A stretch of 64,000 nucleotides of DNA, taken from NCBI GenBank assembly GCA_030704615.1, contig CM060733.1, positions 64,170,001 through 64,234,000 on the forward strand, read 5' to 3'. This stretch comes from Takakia lepidozioides (lineage: Eukaryota; Plantae; Bryophyta). Positions 25,761 through 37,900 of the stretch are shown one piece after another. A program made the translations under genes and the position numbers. Every line of letters starts with the position of its first letter. Positions within the stretch are counted from its first letter, which is position 1. A model generated the notes under the pieces. It ran no database searches, was not told the DNA's origin, and worked only from the letters and a program-made list of their open reading frames with translations.

Positions 25761-26189
25761 CATGTTTTGCCCTCTCATCAGACTCGGCCCTGACAAGTTA
25801 CTGCCGATGTGGTAGCAGGAAAGTATCAAAAAACAGATAACAGAGATGAGGAGAAGCTTTGGAATTAACACTTTTTCAATCTTAAAAACTTCTGGTTTAG
25901 AATAGAAACAATTTGGATCAGGAGAATTTTTATCCAAGACGTTACAACCACTATAGATAGACAAGTTGACAGGGTTGCACACGTCAGTGACGTCACGTCG
26001 GACCTGACGCTGACGCGACGAACGTCACGTCAGTTTTGCCGAAAAATCAGTAAAACATGAGTTAGGTGAAAAATATGTCACGTAGGTGGACACGTTGTAT
26101 TCCAAGCAACACCTTGGCAAGTGAATGAATTGTTTTATAAATTACTCCATCCGCCAGTATTTGAGGTCATTTTTAAATAATTATTGTTA

Positions 26190-26630
26190 AATTGGTGCGA
26201 CCTCCAAATATTGTTGGTCGCAGAATTTATCTTATTTTTTAATAGTTGCGACCACCAGTAGAGAGGTGGTCGCATCATTTTTGTTTTTAAAAAAGATGCG
26301 ACCACCAGCAGGGGTGGTCGCATTTTTTTCTTTTCTTAAACAGTTGCGACCACCGCTACTGGTGGTCGCACAATTTTATTTTATTTGTAATAGGTGCGAC
26401 CACCATCAGGGAGGTGGTCGCAACATTTTGCTGTTTTTTAATATCTGTGACCACCAGCATGGGGGTGGTCGTAGCATTTTTTTGTTTTTTTAATAGGTGC
26501 GACCACCAGTAGGGGGGTGGTCGCAGTATTTTTCTGTTTTTTAATATCTGCGACCACGAGCATGGGGGTGGTCGCAGCATTTTCCTTGTTTTTAATAGGT
26601 GCGACCACCAATATGGGGTGGTCGCAACAT
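26190..26630. repeat. Tandem ~51-bp array of GCGACCACC-Nx-GGTGGTCGC hairpins
   Basis: Nine units starting at 26197, 26248, 26298, 26346, 26396, 26447, 26499, 26550 and 26601, with T-rich linkers. Confidence 0.9.
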
Positions 26631-27051
26631 TTGTTAATTAATTTAAATAACATGCGACTTCCTCGTGCAACCTGGGGCGGTCACAGCATTGGATTCTGAT
26701 TCGTCGAGTGTGTGAGGCTTGGAGGCTAGAGGGTATATAAGGTGGTCATAATGCCCCTCACTTCTTTTGTAGCAAACACTTTTGTGGCGAGTGAATGTTC
26801 TATATTCCTTGAGTAAGAGTATAGCCCAAAAAGAGGGTGTGGACTATTTGTTGTTGTGGCTTCCACCAGAGCCACTGCAACAAATTGTCGAAAAGCACAA
26901 TACTACATGGTGCATTGATCCACTTGGATTGATGCCGTAATGTTGGGCCATCGCATTCTGTTCTACCTTCTATTGCTCTTGACAAATCTACCAAGTACAC
27001 TAGTGTTCTTCGTTCAACCTTAAGTCTGTGGTTAGGGTTCTAGGTGTGAGG

Positions 27052-28620
27052 ATGAGGGAGGAGTGGATCCCTTGGTTCACCGTAGACCCACACAAAAAGG
27101 ACCGTGTTCAATGTAATCTCTGTGCATTGAAGCTGGCGGGTCGCAAAGATCGCATGTTATATCACCTCGACTACAGAGATGGAAAGAATGCAGAGGTTAG
27201 TTTGTGCCCAAAAGCCTCCATGCGAGTGAAAGCCTACTTTGCCCAATGTGGAGGCAATATCCCACCTTCTCTTGATGTGGCCGCGGCTTCTGAGCCAAAC
27301 ACTCCATGTTCGAATCAAAAGCCTCTCAGAGTTGTACCCAGGAGGATTCTTGTGAGGCGTCTGCTGTTCGTGGAGAAGTCGGTGGGTCAGGAGCAACACC
27401 CGATTGTACGCCAGCACTTGTACGGACCAGACCATTGAGGCAACAATCAATGCAAGAAGGCTTAAATTTGTCGCACAGGAGGACTCTGGATAAGAAGTGG
27501 GCCCAATTTTTCTACGAGGCTAATATTCCGTTCAATGTCTCGAGGCTTCATGCGTTTGTGGCTGCCACGTCCGATTCCAAGTCCACATACATACCTCAGA
27601 GTTATCGCGATCTCCGCACATGATTGCTAGAAGAGGTTATGTCTGACCTCACCCAAAAGGTGAATGAAAAGACAGGTGATTCTCTCCGGAAATATGGAAG
27701 CACTATATGTGTGGACGGTTGGATTTCTATTACTAATCGACCACTATTCAATGTCATGCTGGTCTGTCATGCGGGAGAACAATTTTTGGGAAAAGAATCA
27801 TGGATGAAACAGCTAGTAAAAAAGGCAAAGTCGGTTGTGACGTTCATCCGTACACATCACATCCCTCTAGCATTGTTTAGAAAGCGTGAACCCAAATACA
27901 GCCTTAGGAACCCGGGTGAAACCCGCTTTGCCACAAACTTTTTGATGGTGGATCGACTGGTGACTGTGAGGGCGGGTCTGGAGCAGGTGATCATCGACCC
28001 TCAATGGGATGCGTATGTGGGTACCTTACGTGACTCTCGTAAGTCCAAGTCTTTGAGCAAAAGTCGGAGGGTCCGCGCAATCATTCGCTCCGACGATTTC
28101 TGGACGAAATGTGCAAATTTTGTGTACATGGTGGAGCCGGTGTTGATTGCTTTGCGGGGTTTGATGGAAAACAACCAATAATGGGTAAAACATGGTTGAT
28201 ATTGGAAAACCTTCAGAAGCACGTGCAATCCTTGAGGCGTCTTCCATTCTCTATGGACGATGATTTGGCGGAAAAGGCCGAGGATGCATTTTACGACCGC
28301 AAACGGATGGTTCGCATGGACTTGCATTATGCGGGGGCCTTGCTGAATCCATTCTTGCTGGACAATACGGATTTGAGAGACGATGTGGATGCCAAAACCG
28401 GGCTTGTACGGGTCATCATGCAACTCGCGCCCTTGAACATGGCAGAGCGAGCTTTGTCCAAGTACCAGTGCTTCTCGGATCGCCAGAATCCTTTCCATGA
28501 CATGTCGGATCCAAAAGCAATGAACATGTTGCCACATGAATGGTGGGATCTGATTGGAGCTGGAGCAAGAACGTTAGCTCCCATTGCAAAGCGTATTCTT
28601 GCTCAAATGTGCTCTGCCTC
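27052..28620 (+). pseudogene. hAT transposase (BED-like finger, DUF659-type core, start of hATC dimerisation domain)
   Basis: VQCNLC...YHL; FFYEANIPFN; TICVDGW...NRPLFN; PGETRFATNFLM; LHYAGALLNP; EWW...IAKRILAQMCSAS, then abruptly cut. Stops, frameshifts and an internal deletion. Confidence 0.92.
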
Positions 28621-29084
28621 GGGGGGCTGCTATTTCATGAGCCATGAGCCATGAGCGGCATGAGCCATGAGCAGAGTCGTAAGTGTCGAAAAAAACATGA
28701 GCAGGACTATTTTCCGGGAATGAGTGTCCGCGGGAATAAGGTTTAGGGTGTCACGGTCATAGGGGGAGAAGGACCTCCCGATGAAGGAGGTTCGGCAATG
28801 TTTTTTAGAATTACATATTGAAAGGCAATGTTTCGCGAATGGTAGGGTGGTACTGCTCTGTACAATGGGGGCCCATTTCAACCTACCAGCCACTTGCAAA
28901 ATCCACCCACACTCCCAATCCCAAACGAAATGAGGAATGATGCATTTTGGGAACGATGGATACAGAATAGAACAAAAAGAGGGCACAATGGGGTTTTTAT
29001 TGATCCACATGAATTGCATTTGAAGCACGTCTACTGTGCTGATTGTGCAAACAAATCTTTAGCCCTGTGCCTTCTGAATACAAG

Positions 29085-29798
29085 TCACGTTGTCAATGGG
29101 ACTTCGACTGCTCTGAGAACTAGCTCATGAGTCATCAGGCTCCTCCAGGTAAACTGGATTGCAGCCGTTGTACCGCCCCTGTTGATGTTCACCACAATGT
29201 CCTGCCCTTCAATCATACCACCATCGAATATGGAAAGCTTCACGTTTTCGTCGTCCACACCAATGCAAATGTCCCCATACAATGGAGAAGATGAGCGCAC
29301 TCCTTCAGGAGTATAAGTCTCTCCGATGGAGTCCACCCAAGTCCACTGGCAGCAGTTCCACCGCAACAGCATAGCAGTGCGCATTCTTCTGCATGGGTGC
29401 CCGTCGTAGCTGGGAAAATCGGAATTAAGGATGTGCAGGAGCCACGGACTCCTCAGACCAAGATCGTCACCCCGCTCGAAGGCGTACTGGCCTGGGATAT
29501 ACTCAAAAGCGGACAATGTTTCCACATTCAAACCAGTATCTTCTGTGTATTCTGTGTACCAGATAACGATGTCTCCCGATCTGGCCGAATACATTGCATA
29601 ATCGATGCCTCCATAAGGGCAGTCGTCCTGGTTCCGGAAGCACGGCATCCTTGCAAAGGAGGACCTGAGGACGTCTTTGATGCCGATGACAATGACCTTG
29701 CGGACAGCAACGAAGCCCTTAGATTTTCGAAATGATGAGAAGCGGAATTGCAGTGCGGGCTCCAATAATGGAGCATATGGGTCACACGTACCCACCAA
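29085..29798 (-). CDS. Orphan protein, paralog A
   Basis: 237-aa open frame that aligns by eye over ~190 aa with 30170-30778 (RMPC..N..DCPY...DYAM; RWNCCQW; YGDI; DGGMI.G.DIVV; ELVLRA.EVP). Confidence 0.7.
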   Translation of the reverse strand: MVGTCDPYAPLLEPALQFRFSSFRKSKGFVAVRKVIVIGIKDVLRSSFARMPCFRNQDDCPYGGIDYAMYSARSGDIVIWYTEYTEDTGLNVETLSAFEYIPGQYAFERGDDLGLRSPWLLHILNSDFPSYDGHPCRRMRTAMLLRWNCCQWTWVDSIGETYTPEGVRSSSPLYGDICIGVDDENVKLSIFDGGMIEGQDIVVNINRGGTTAAIQFTWRSLMTHELVLRAVEVPLTT

Positions 29799-30169
29799 TC
29801 ATCGTGTAACGTGTTCATCACGCCAGCGGTGGATGAACCGATACCTCTTTCTCATCCACGGGGTATAGTTTGAAATCTGCCACCGAAGTCCATCCCCCGG
29901 ATGGAAATTCGGCGCCGCATTTACATCGAAGGGGGGATGGACTTCGTCGTCTCGAGTGGCTATAGGCCCACCTGGCACTTACTGCCCATATTTGCATGGC
30001 AGGGAAGAAAACTGAAACGGCTACATTCATGGAGCAGCCAATCATCATCCGTGTAGGTTCCTGTCGGGGGGAAATTTAAATGTGCCCTGGAGTGTTTGGA
30101 ATTGCAGCGTTTGCTTGAATTTCTTCCAGCAACCGCGCTGCTGCCTCCTCCATCCAGGAGCTGCTGTCA

Positions 30170-30778
30170 TTGAGCGTACTCCGCTACTCTTTTTCAAGGA
30201 TGCCGTGCCGCCAAAATCCTGCTGACTGCCCTTATCATGGCCACGATTATGCTATGTTCAAACCAGAATCAGGAGACATCATTGTCTGGCTCTCTGTTTT
30301 CACAGACGCTTCTGGAATCAAGCGGGAGTCTTTGCGCGCAATGGAGTATCTGGAGGGCTATTACCGCTTTGAGCGAGGTGAGGGCAAGGGTCAATGCGGT
30401 CCGTGGGTCCTGAAAATTGTTGACCTCGATATATCAAGGTGGAATGGGATGTCGGACAGATCACGCACGGCCTCACTTTGGCGCTGGAACTGCTGCCAGT
30501 GGGCCAGGGAGGACGGCACCGGGGAAAACTATATTCGTGGAGTTCACTCCGTTTTTCCAGTGTATGGAGACATTCGGCTGAGTTGCGAAGACGAATCCCA
30601 TGGGCACAGGAGGCCCACAGTCACCTTGTCAATGTATGATGGTGGTATGATTGATGGGCATGACATTGTCGTCAGTTCCACCAAGCGCACCAGATCGACC
30701 GCATTGCAGTTTACCTCCAGGTGCCGCATCAGTAATGAGCTTGTTTTGAGGGCTATCGAAGTTCCGTCGACTTGGTGA
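30170..30778 (+). CDS. Orphan protein, paralog B (5' end uncertain)
   Basis: 202-aa open frame with motifs conserved in paralog A despite high divergence. Begins at TTG, so an upstream exon is likely. Confidence 0.7.
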   Translation: MSVLRYSFSRMPCRQNPADCPYHGHDYAMFKPESGDIIVWLSVFTDASGIKRESLRAMEYLEGYYRFERGEGKGQCGPWVLKIVDLDISRWNGMSDRSRTASLWRWNCCQWAREDGTGENYIRGVHSVFPVYGDIRLSCEDESHGHRRPTVTLSMYDGGMIDGHDIVVSSTKRTRSTALQFTSRCRISNELVLRAIEVPSTW

Positions 30779-31049
30779 CGCCCATGTAGAAGGAGGAAGG
30801 GCTTAGATTTGTCTGGAGTTGCTAAATGTGAGACACCGTGTTCGATCAATAAAACAACCCATCGTACCTCACTTCTGTATGCTTGTGTTTCATCGCTTTC
30901 AAGAACTGCCGTAATTGGCCCACTGTTTACAATTTGAGGTCTCATTTCTACAATGTGTCTGTCCGTATGAATGTACCAGAGTCAGCGATATCAGAGTCCT
31001 GAGGTGAAGAAAATCCATCTATGAGTAAAAGGAAACATGTACACGCCGA

Positions 31050-32102
31050 AGCTCGGAAATTCGGCACTGCATTTCATTTTGCTCCATGCAGCGATTTCTG
31101 GCAGCGATCTTTCCTCCGTTGTCGTCGTAACGGAAATGTTGTACAGCATTTCATTTCCTGACATGGCATTACCATACTTCGAATTTGAAATGCGGCGCCG
31201 CATTTCCATATTGGACCTTGAATTGTCTGAGCATGTCCAGTCGCTAATGCTTGTCCATGTCCATACTTGAAATGGGCCACCGCATTTCCATGTCCGTCAT
31301 CGAAATTTCATACCGGACAATGAAATGCGCCACCGCATTTCCGGAGAGCACAATGGAATGCGGTGCCGCATTTCCGTCGAAGGGTCTGGAATTGGACAAA
31401 CAACGATGTCCGTTCTGGAAATGCGGCACCGCATTTCCATGTCCGTCATCAAAATTTCGTATTGGACAATGGAATGCGGTGCCGCATTTCCGTCCATGAA
31501 GACGGAATGCCCAAACGGGTCTGGAATTGGACAAACAACGATGTCTGTTTTGGAAATGCGGCGCCGCATTTTCATGTTGGTCAATCGAAAGTTTTTATAG
31601 GACAATGTAAGTTTTTATAGGACGACGGAATGCGGTGCCGCATTTCCGTCAAAGGGTCTGGAATTGGACAAACAACGATGTCCGTTTTGGAAATGCGGCG
31701 CCGCATTTCCATGTACGCCATCGAAATTTCTTATTGGACAATGGAATGCGGTGCCGCATTCCCGTCTAGCATCATGGAATGGGGAGCCGCATTTCCGTCG
31801 ATAGGTCTGCAGTTGGAAAAATGTCCATCTCCAAAAGGTAAATGCGGCACCGCATTTCCATGTTCGACCTCCGCATTTCCATTTACCTCCATGGAAGGAG
31901 CTGGCAATCGGCAAAACTGCCGTGTCGGAAACGGAAATGCGGCACCGCATTTCCGTTTGTCCGAACAGTTTCTGATGTCCAAACCATGAAACGTAAAATT
32001 GTTCTTGCCCCGGTTTTGGAAATGCGGTGCCGCATTTCCAAAACAGGTTTTTGCAGTTGCCACATTTCCGTTCAGTCATTGAAATGCGGTGCCGCATTTC
32101 AG
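31050..32102. repeat. Array of palindrome GGAAATGCGG(CG/CA/TG)CCGCATTTCC
   Basis: About 16 copies by eye, at intervals of 33-95 bp. Confidence 0.95.
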
Positions 32103-32237
32103 ATTTTGGGAGGGACCAGGTTTGGACGATGTTGTCGTTGAGAAGCAAATGGGAGAGGGGACATGAAGGACGGGGAGAATTTCCTTTATATACTTTGGAA
32201 TAGAATTTAAATGTACAGAAAGTTCATTAAAATTCTA

Positions 32238-34985
32238 TTAATCTTGAAAATCATCACTATCGTCGTCTTGTCCTTGACTGTCCTGCTCCGCCTCCACCCC
32301 GTCATTGTCTTTCTCATCTCCAGCGGACTGATCGTTGGCCAGGCTTTCAAAAACCCCATCTTCACCTTGCGGAACCGACCATCTCACCTCCGTTGGCTCG
32401 TCGTCCTCCCTGTCTGCATCGCTCTCATCCGCTGAATCACATATGAACTTTCGCACCCGTCTACCTGTCTCTGCTGTTGCCAACTCTTTCCTTATCCTTC
32501 TGTCCTCCCTAGCCCTCTCCAAAATCTGCTCTACTTTACTGGGATTCTCACATCGTCTAATCGCTGTATTTGCGAGTTTAGCTGCATAACTAGGAAGGGA
32601 GTAGTCCTTCACCGGGCTCGTCATGAAGTCGGCCCTCGCAATGAACGGGACATTCTTCCTGGCAGGAAGTGTAGGCCCTACATGTTTCGACCCGGATCCT
32701 GGAATCCTGCACATAACAATCACCAACGAGACCAATGAGAACCACAGTCCGGAAATGCGTTTGACAAAAAATCACCCAGAAGGCTTTGCAAACTTACAAT
32801 GTTTGCACTCACTCGTATTCCGGGTTCTCCTCGGCATCATGTCCACTGTCTCTTCCTCCAACTCCGACAAATCCGAGGAGTCCTTGGTTTCAATGGGAGC
32901 CTTCACATTCCGTTGCAGCCCTTCCAGATGGGATCCCCAGACGGATGTGTCATCCTCGTAGGCAAAGAGGTGCCGGTCGGAAAACCGCCCAGCCCACATT
33001 GAGGCACTTGTTACAATGCCATCCACAGATTATGACATGGCCCTTCAGATGTTGCGAATGAAAGCATAACGAGAATTTACAGAATAGCATACAAGAAGAT
33101 TCTGCATACCTGTCCCATAGATGAGGTCGAGCACTGTGCCCTCAACGTCAGTGCATGTCTCCATAATTGTCTGAATGAAGGCAGGGCTCCGAGTCCGTGA
33201 ATACCGCAGGGGTTCAGTTGAAGTGAGGCTATGAGGGAGAAGTTCCGTGGGAACGTTGTTGAACAGGACGTTGTAATCGATGGGGTCGCAGTTCGGGTCA
33301 ACCAACAATCCCTCCTTCCGGAAAGCAAAGGTGGAGTTCTCCTTCACAAAGCAGTATGCATCGAACTGCTTCGTCTGCATACACAGTGGGGAACGATTAG
33401 AAATGGAATGCGGCACCGCATTTCAAAACTCCTAAGAAAATGAAAGGACGAGTGCCAATGTCGTAATTACTTTCTTCCCTTCCGACCGAAGGCCCAATGT
33501 GTTGATGCACGTCCACTTCTTCTTCAGAATTGGGACGGCGCTCTTGCGGGTCCACTTCGCAATTCCTGTCTGCGTGTTTTTGCCTCTGCTCGCCAGGACA
33601 ACCACACAGCCTCTGTCGTCCAACACCATGCACGCGAGCCCGAATCCTTTCTTCCAAAAGTCCTCGGAGTACCTGTTCCAAGATGGCAAAGCTTGCAGTC
33701 CTTCCACAGGCTCTCCGTCCGGAATATCCAAGATGATCATATCGCAAGACCACTCGGTGGCATTTCCGCCCCTCCTGCAATCCTTGTCTGCACACACCCT
33801 CTCAAAGAACAAGACCATCTTCAGAAACCCTGGGGTGTCGGAAGGCTCTTCGGCAGCCGCCTTCTTCAGTGCTCTGCCCTTCAGACCCTCCATGGTCTTC
33901 GTGTATGCCAACTTGGCTGCCCGTCCATCCAAAGCCGCCAAGAAACTCTCATTCACACACTGGACTACTGTATCGGGATCCACTTTCGGCCTCTTCATTT
34001 CCACCGGCTCGAAAGGGTGCCCCCCCGGGGGGTTGAAGAGTGCCTTCTTTGCCGAGCCAGTTCTCGTCCCTCTCGTGACAACAGTGGGCACAGGGGATTT
34101 CGGCTGCGTCTCCGGGGGTGGGCTGGTTGCAAAGTCTCCATCGAAGTCCTCTTCCTCACCCTCTACCTGCACTATCTGTTTCTGCTTCTTCGTTTTCTTG
34201 GGTGTCACAACTGCTGCTCCTTGCTGGCGAGTCCGCTTCTTCGACCCCTTCTGTTGAGCCTGCACAGCTGCATCCACCGTCTTCTGTGCCATCTCAGCTG
34301 CCTTTCTGGATTGTTCCAGAGCAGCAGCTTCCTTTGCCGACTCTGGCCGAGCAGGGACACGTCTTTCCTTTCTCTTCTCTTCTGCTTTCGCGTGCAGATC
34401 TTTCTCAGACTCGTCAACAATTCCGCCAGACATGTCCAGGTACCACGGGCATCCAACCAGATGCGCGGCATGCCATTGTTTCTGCATCTCGGGTGTGTAG
34501 ATGCAGCTTGGGCCCGCCACGGTCCAAGCCATGAAGAATGGGGGCTCTTGAGCCAGGGCCCCTGTCTGAAGAAGCACGTATTTCATATACCTGCAGGGCA
34601 ATCAGCATGCGTGAGCAAAAGTTGAGACCAACGTACTCGCAGAGTGCAACCGAAAACTTAAAATGCGAATGCGGTGCCGCATTTCCCAGACAAACCTCAT
34701 AACCAGGCTTTGCATACAAGGACAGCTGGGCTTCACCTGTAAACAATTCGCATTGCAGCTTTTCCAGCTCCCTCTTGATGTGTAAACTCCACGCTCCTTC
34801 TTGCTGTCTGCAACTCCCTGACGAAGAGGTTGTCCTTGTACGCACATCTGAAACGTGTCACGTAGTCTTCCAATGTCTGTGTTCCATCCCATTTGACGTA
34901 CAAGCCGAACGAATTTGTATGCATTACGACTTGCTCCTTCGCATTCGTCATTACCTGCGATTCCCACATGCATTGTCACGTAGCA
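32238..34985 (-). pseudogene. Multi-exon gene ending in a beta-class N6-adenine/N4-cytosine DNA methyltransferase-like domain (3' part of a ParB-MTase gene)
   Basis: Motif IV-like DMIILDIPDG (~33711-33743) followed by PSWN and LDDRG. Motif X/I-like RSPAFIQTIMETCTDVEGTVLDLIYGTG (~33110-33195), then ASMWAGRFSDRHLFAYEDD. Introns at ~33470-33376 and ~33109-33008. Confidence 0.7.
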
Positions 34986-37900
34986 GTTGCAGGTGGGTAA
35001 TTCTGAAATGGTGATGGTGTACACCTCATTGCGGACAGCTGAGCCTGCCGTGGCCATCTGATACACACGCCCGAAGCCTGGTGGGGGCACTTCTGTTGAG
35101 CTCTATATTGTACAGTTCATCCGAAGTGCATTCCCCATTCTTGTCTCGTTCACTTTTGAGGGAGGTCGCCGCCTCTTCGGTTTCCCCCAATGGTGTGTAG
35201 GATGCTTAGAATTGTCGCGTCCCATTGTTCTTGCTCTCATAGGGGTTGGTGGTGGAGGCTATGGAAGCGGAAATGGTTGTCTGGGGACGTCAGTGCGCTG
35301 CACCATCCGAAATCCTGCGGTAGTAAGAGCATCGGCCTCAACCTTATTCAGATCGCATCCTGGTTCCACCGGCCACACCGGGGGAGCCTCTGGCATTGTT
35401 TGTATGCCGTACGTGGGCTTCCATACACGCAAGTCATAATGTCATGCCTGCAGAACCAGAACTGGGTAGTTGTCGCCTCCAAAAACTTTGCATGGACAAA
35501 TCTTCCTGTAAAAGTAGGAGCAGGGATAGCCCCATCTGGATTCCTCCTTATCATCTCTAAACAACGTTCGTATATCCACTCGAATTGCGGAACACCTACC
35601 TCGAAACACCGGCCTTTTGCGAGCAATTCTCCACTGTGACGCGACACAGTCGTCTCCACAATGGGTTGGCCATACTGCATAACAGCGGGCGGAATCTGGG
35701 GCAGGCGAGCGATGGGAATTTCTTGCACGGAATCCCCGCTTGAAGGCAATGGCGATCTTGAAACTCTTGGGCTTTGACTGCTGGAAGACAAATTGTGCGG
35801 CAACATGACGGGACCTCGAGGTGTTGTCCGAATGTTCCTGTTGGATCTCCAGGAATCCTCTTCACACCCGAGTTTCTCTTCAATTCTCCGCCTCACAGGG
35901 CGAGTATGGACGTCCCCCTCTAGGTATTCACCTCTGCGGTGCAAAGGCGTCCCTTTGATCTTATCTCGCAATGTTGTCGCCCATTTCAGTGGATTCTTCG
36001 ACCTCGAAGTTGTTTGTACCAACAATTCCTCCCTATCCGGCCCAAAGCCCCATTGTTTCTTGCTTAGGAACTTGTAGTACCTGGCTTGCTGCATGATTGC
36101 TCTGTCGATGTCCTCCGTTGTGGCCGTCACTACGTCCACCAGATGTGCGGCAGAAGACGCTCGCTAGGAGGAGTGGACTGATTCTGCCATATTCGTGTTC
36201 GGCATGTCCGTGTCGGAATCCAGGCACCGCTCCTACAAGGACAGACCAGTAATGTCACCACCCCCACCCAGCTGTGCAAGGCTCCCAGATTGGTTGTCTC
36301 CACTGCACCTGACGTGTTCCACCAAGCCTCGATTATAGCAAACTTAACCTCCACGTCATCAAATGTGGGTGCATCCTTCCACGCCGTGCAAAGGAAACGG
36401 TGTTCAGCTTGGAATGAACTCGCAACAAATTTGGTAGTGTAGTGAGATAGACTCTGCATCCAATGGAATCCACAGGATCTCTCTTTCCCCTCCATTGGAA
36501 CATTGGGGTCCTCACCATACACACGCCGCACCGCTGCCCAGTGGGCCTGAGCGTTGTGTGCCAGGAATCCCCTGAAATTGGGCTTTGGCAAACCCGCCCT
36601 TGCCATCTGCTCGTTTATGCCCTCCTACAGATGCATCTCCGACTGTGTGCCCTCCCCTTTCATCTCGCAGATTGCAATCGTCATGAGCCTCTTCGAGTGA
36701 TAATCATAAACATGCGCACCCATGGTGAGTGCCCACTGATGGTTTGTAATTCGCTTGATGTGGTCAAACATCACCCAAGCATTCGACAAGTTTCCAGTTG
36801 TCATTTGAGTGACCAAGTCGACTCCACTCCCAGGCCCACACGTTGACATTTTAAAAATGTAACAACGATCGGATTCGCTGCCTTGCCCTGGAAACCTGCT
36901 ACCTTGGATGTAGTCATATCCAGTCCTTCGTTACACCTCCAGGATTGAGTGCATGTCTGACCCCTAGCCGAACTCCTGCTTGCAAGATACGATGTGATTC
37001 TGCACATTCGGACTACAAATGTGCGAGACGGACTCCAACAGGTCAAGCATCTCCACTTCGTTCAAGGGCACTTGGTCATTTCCAGCTTCAGACATAATTT
37101 TGCCAAGAGCAATCTTGTGGGCTGCCTTCAGCTAAATCTACTTTGGTCTGGCTCCGGGGCTCAATTTCACCTCCTCTTTTATGATGTTGTGTGCTTCCTG
37201 CACAGCCTCCCGCATGTTGCCTCTCGCCAAGGGGTGGCAGTGGACCCCAACGTGTATGCAAGCTCATGTCGGTGGTTCTTTGCAATGTGCGCACTTGAAA
37301 GTACCCGCTGGAGCCTGGCTGGAGACAATGAATGGATGATGGGTTGTGCCAGTCCAATCCGTCTTGTTTCTCCGCCCTCCTTTGGAGAGAAAGTGGAAGC
37401 AGGCGGGATTGAGGCACCTCAGCTTCCCCACACAGAGGACGTATCGTACACGAACACCATTAGCAATTTTCGTGCTACTGGTCTTTGTCACACACCAGGG
37501 GTGTCCGTCATGCTTTCGAGAAAACCTTGCAGACTTCAGGCAGACAAGGACAACAACACAAGGACAACTACAAGAACCTTAGCACATGACGATTCACAAG
37601 ATAAATCCATACTTGACCAAAAATTTATATTTGTTCTGGATGGGAACAACTCACAAAATCTGTCCTCTCTAAATAACTTATCTCCCCAAATGGAGGACAG
37701 CGCTACCACGACCTGTAGAATTGAAATACCCCCGACAATGTCCTAAGGTTCCCCGTTCCGATGCCTATTCCATTGTGTTCAAATCGACTACATGGACGAC
37801 GGAGTCTTGAAACAACAGGTCAAGAATGAGGAGTGGCGCTGTATTCGTCAAGTCACCATTGCTGGTATCTGGATGGAGATGGCACACATGAAGATACAAG

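Larger units (their letters stand above)
25970..28620 (+). mobile_element. hAT DNA transposon, 3'-truncated
   Basis: Probable left TIR CAGGGTTGCAC at 25970, then a subterminal array and a transposase pseudogene. Confidence 0.7.

Noticed and set aside
28621-28680. Defined TIR pair for the MULE-like element
   Set aside because: The boundary is sharp at the cut hAT gene, but no matching inverted end or TSD was found in the window.
31037-32148. Many overlapping short ORFs (MRHRIS/KCGAAF/GNAAPHF)
   Set aside because: These are translations of the palindromic repeat in all six frames.
34602-35090. 162-aa ORF as a genuine protein
   Set aside because: It is a junction artefact: the SWIM finger is cut after CNC and runs into the inverted segment.
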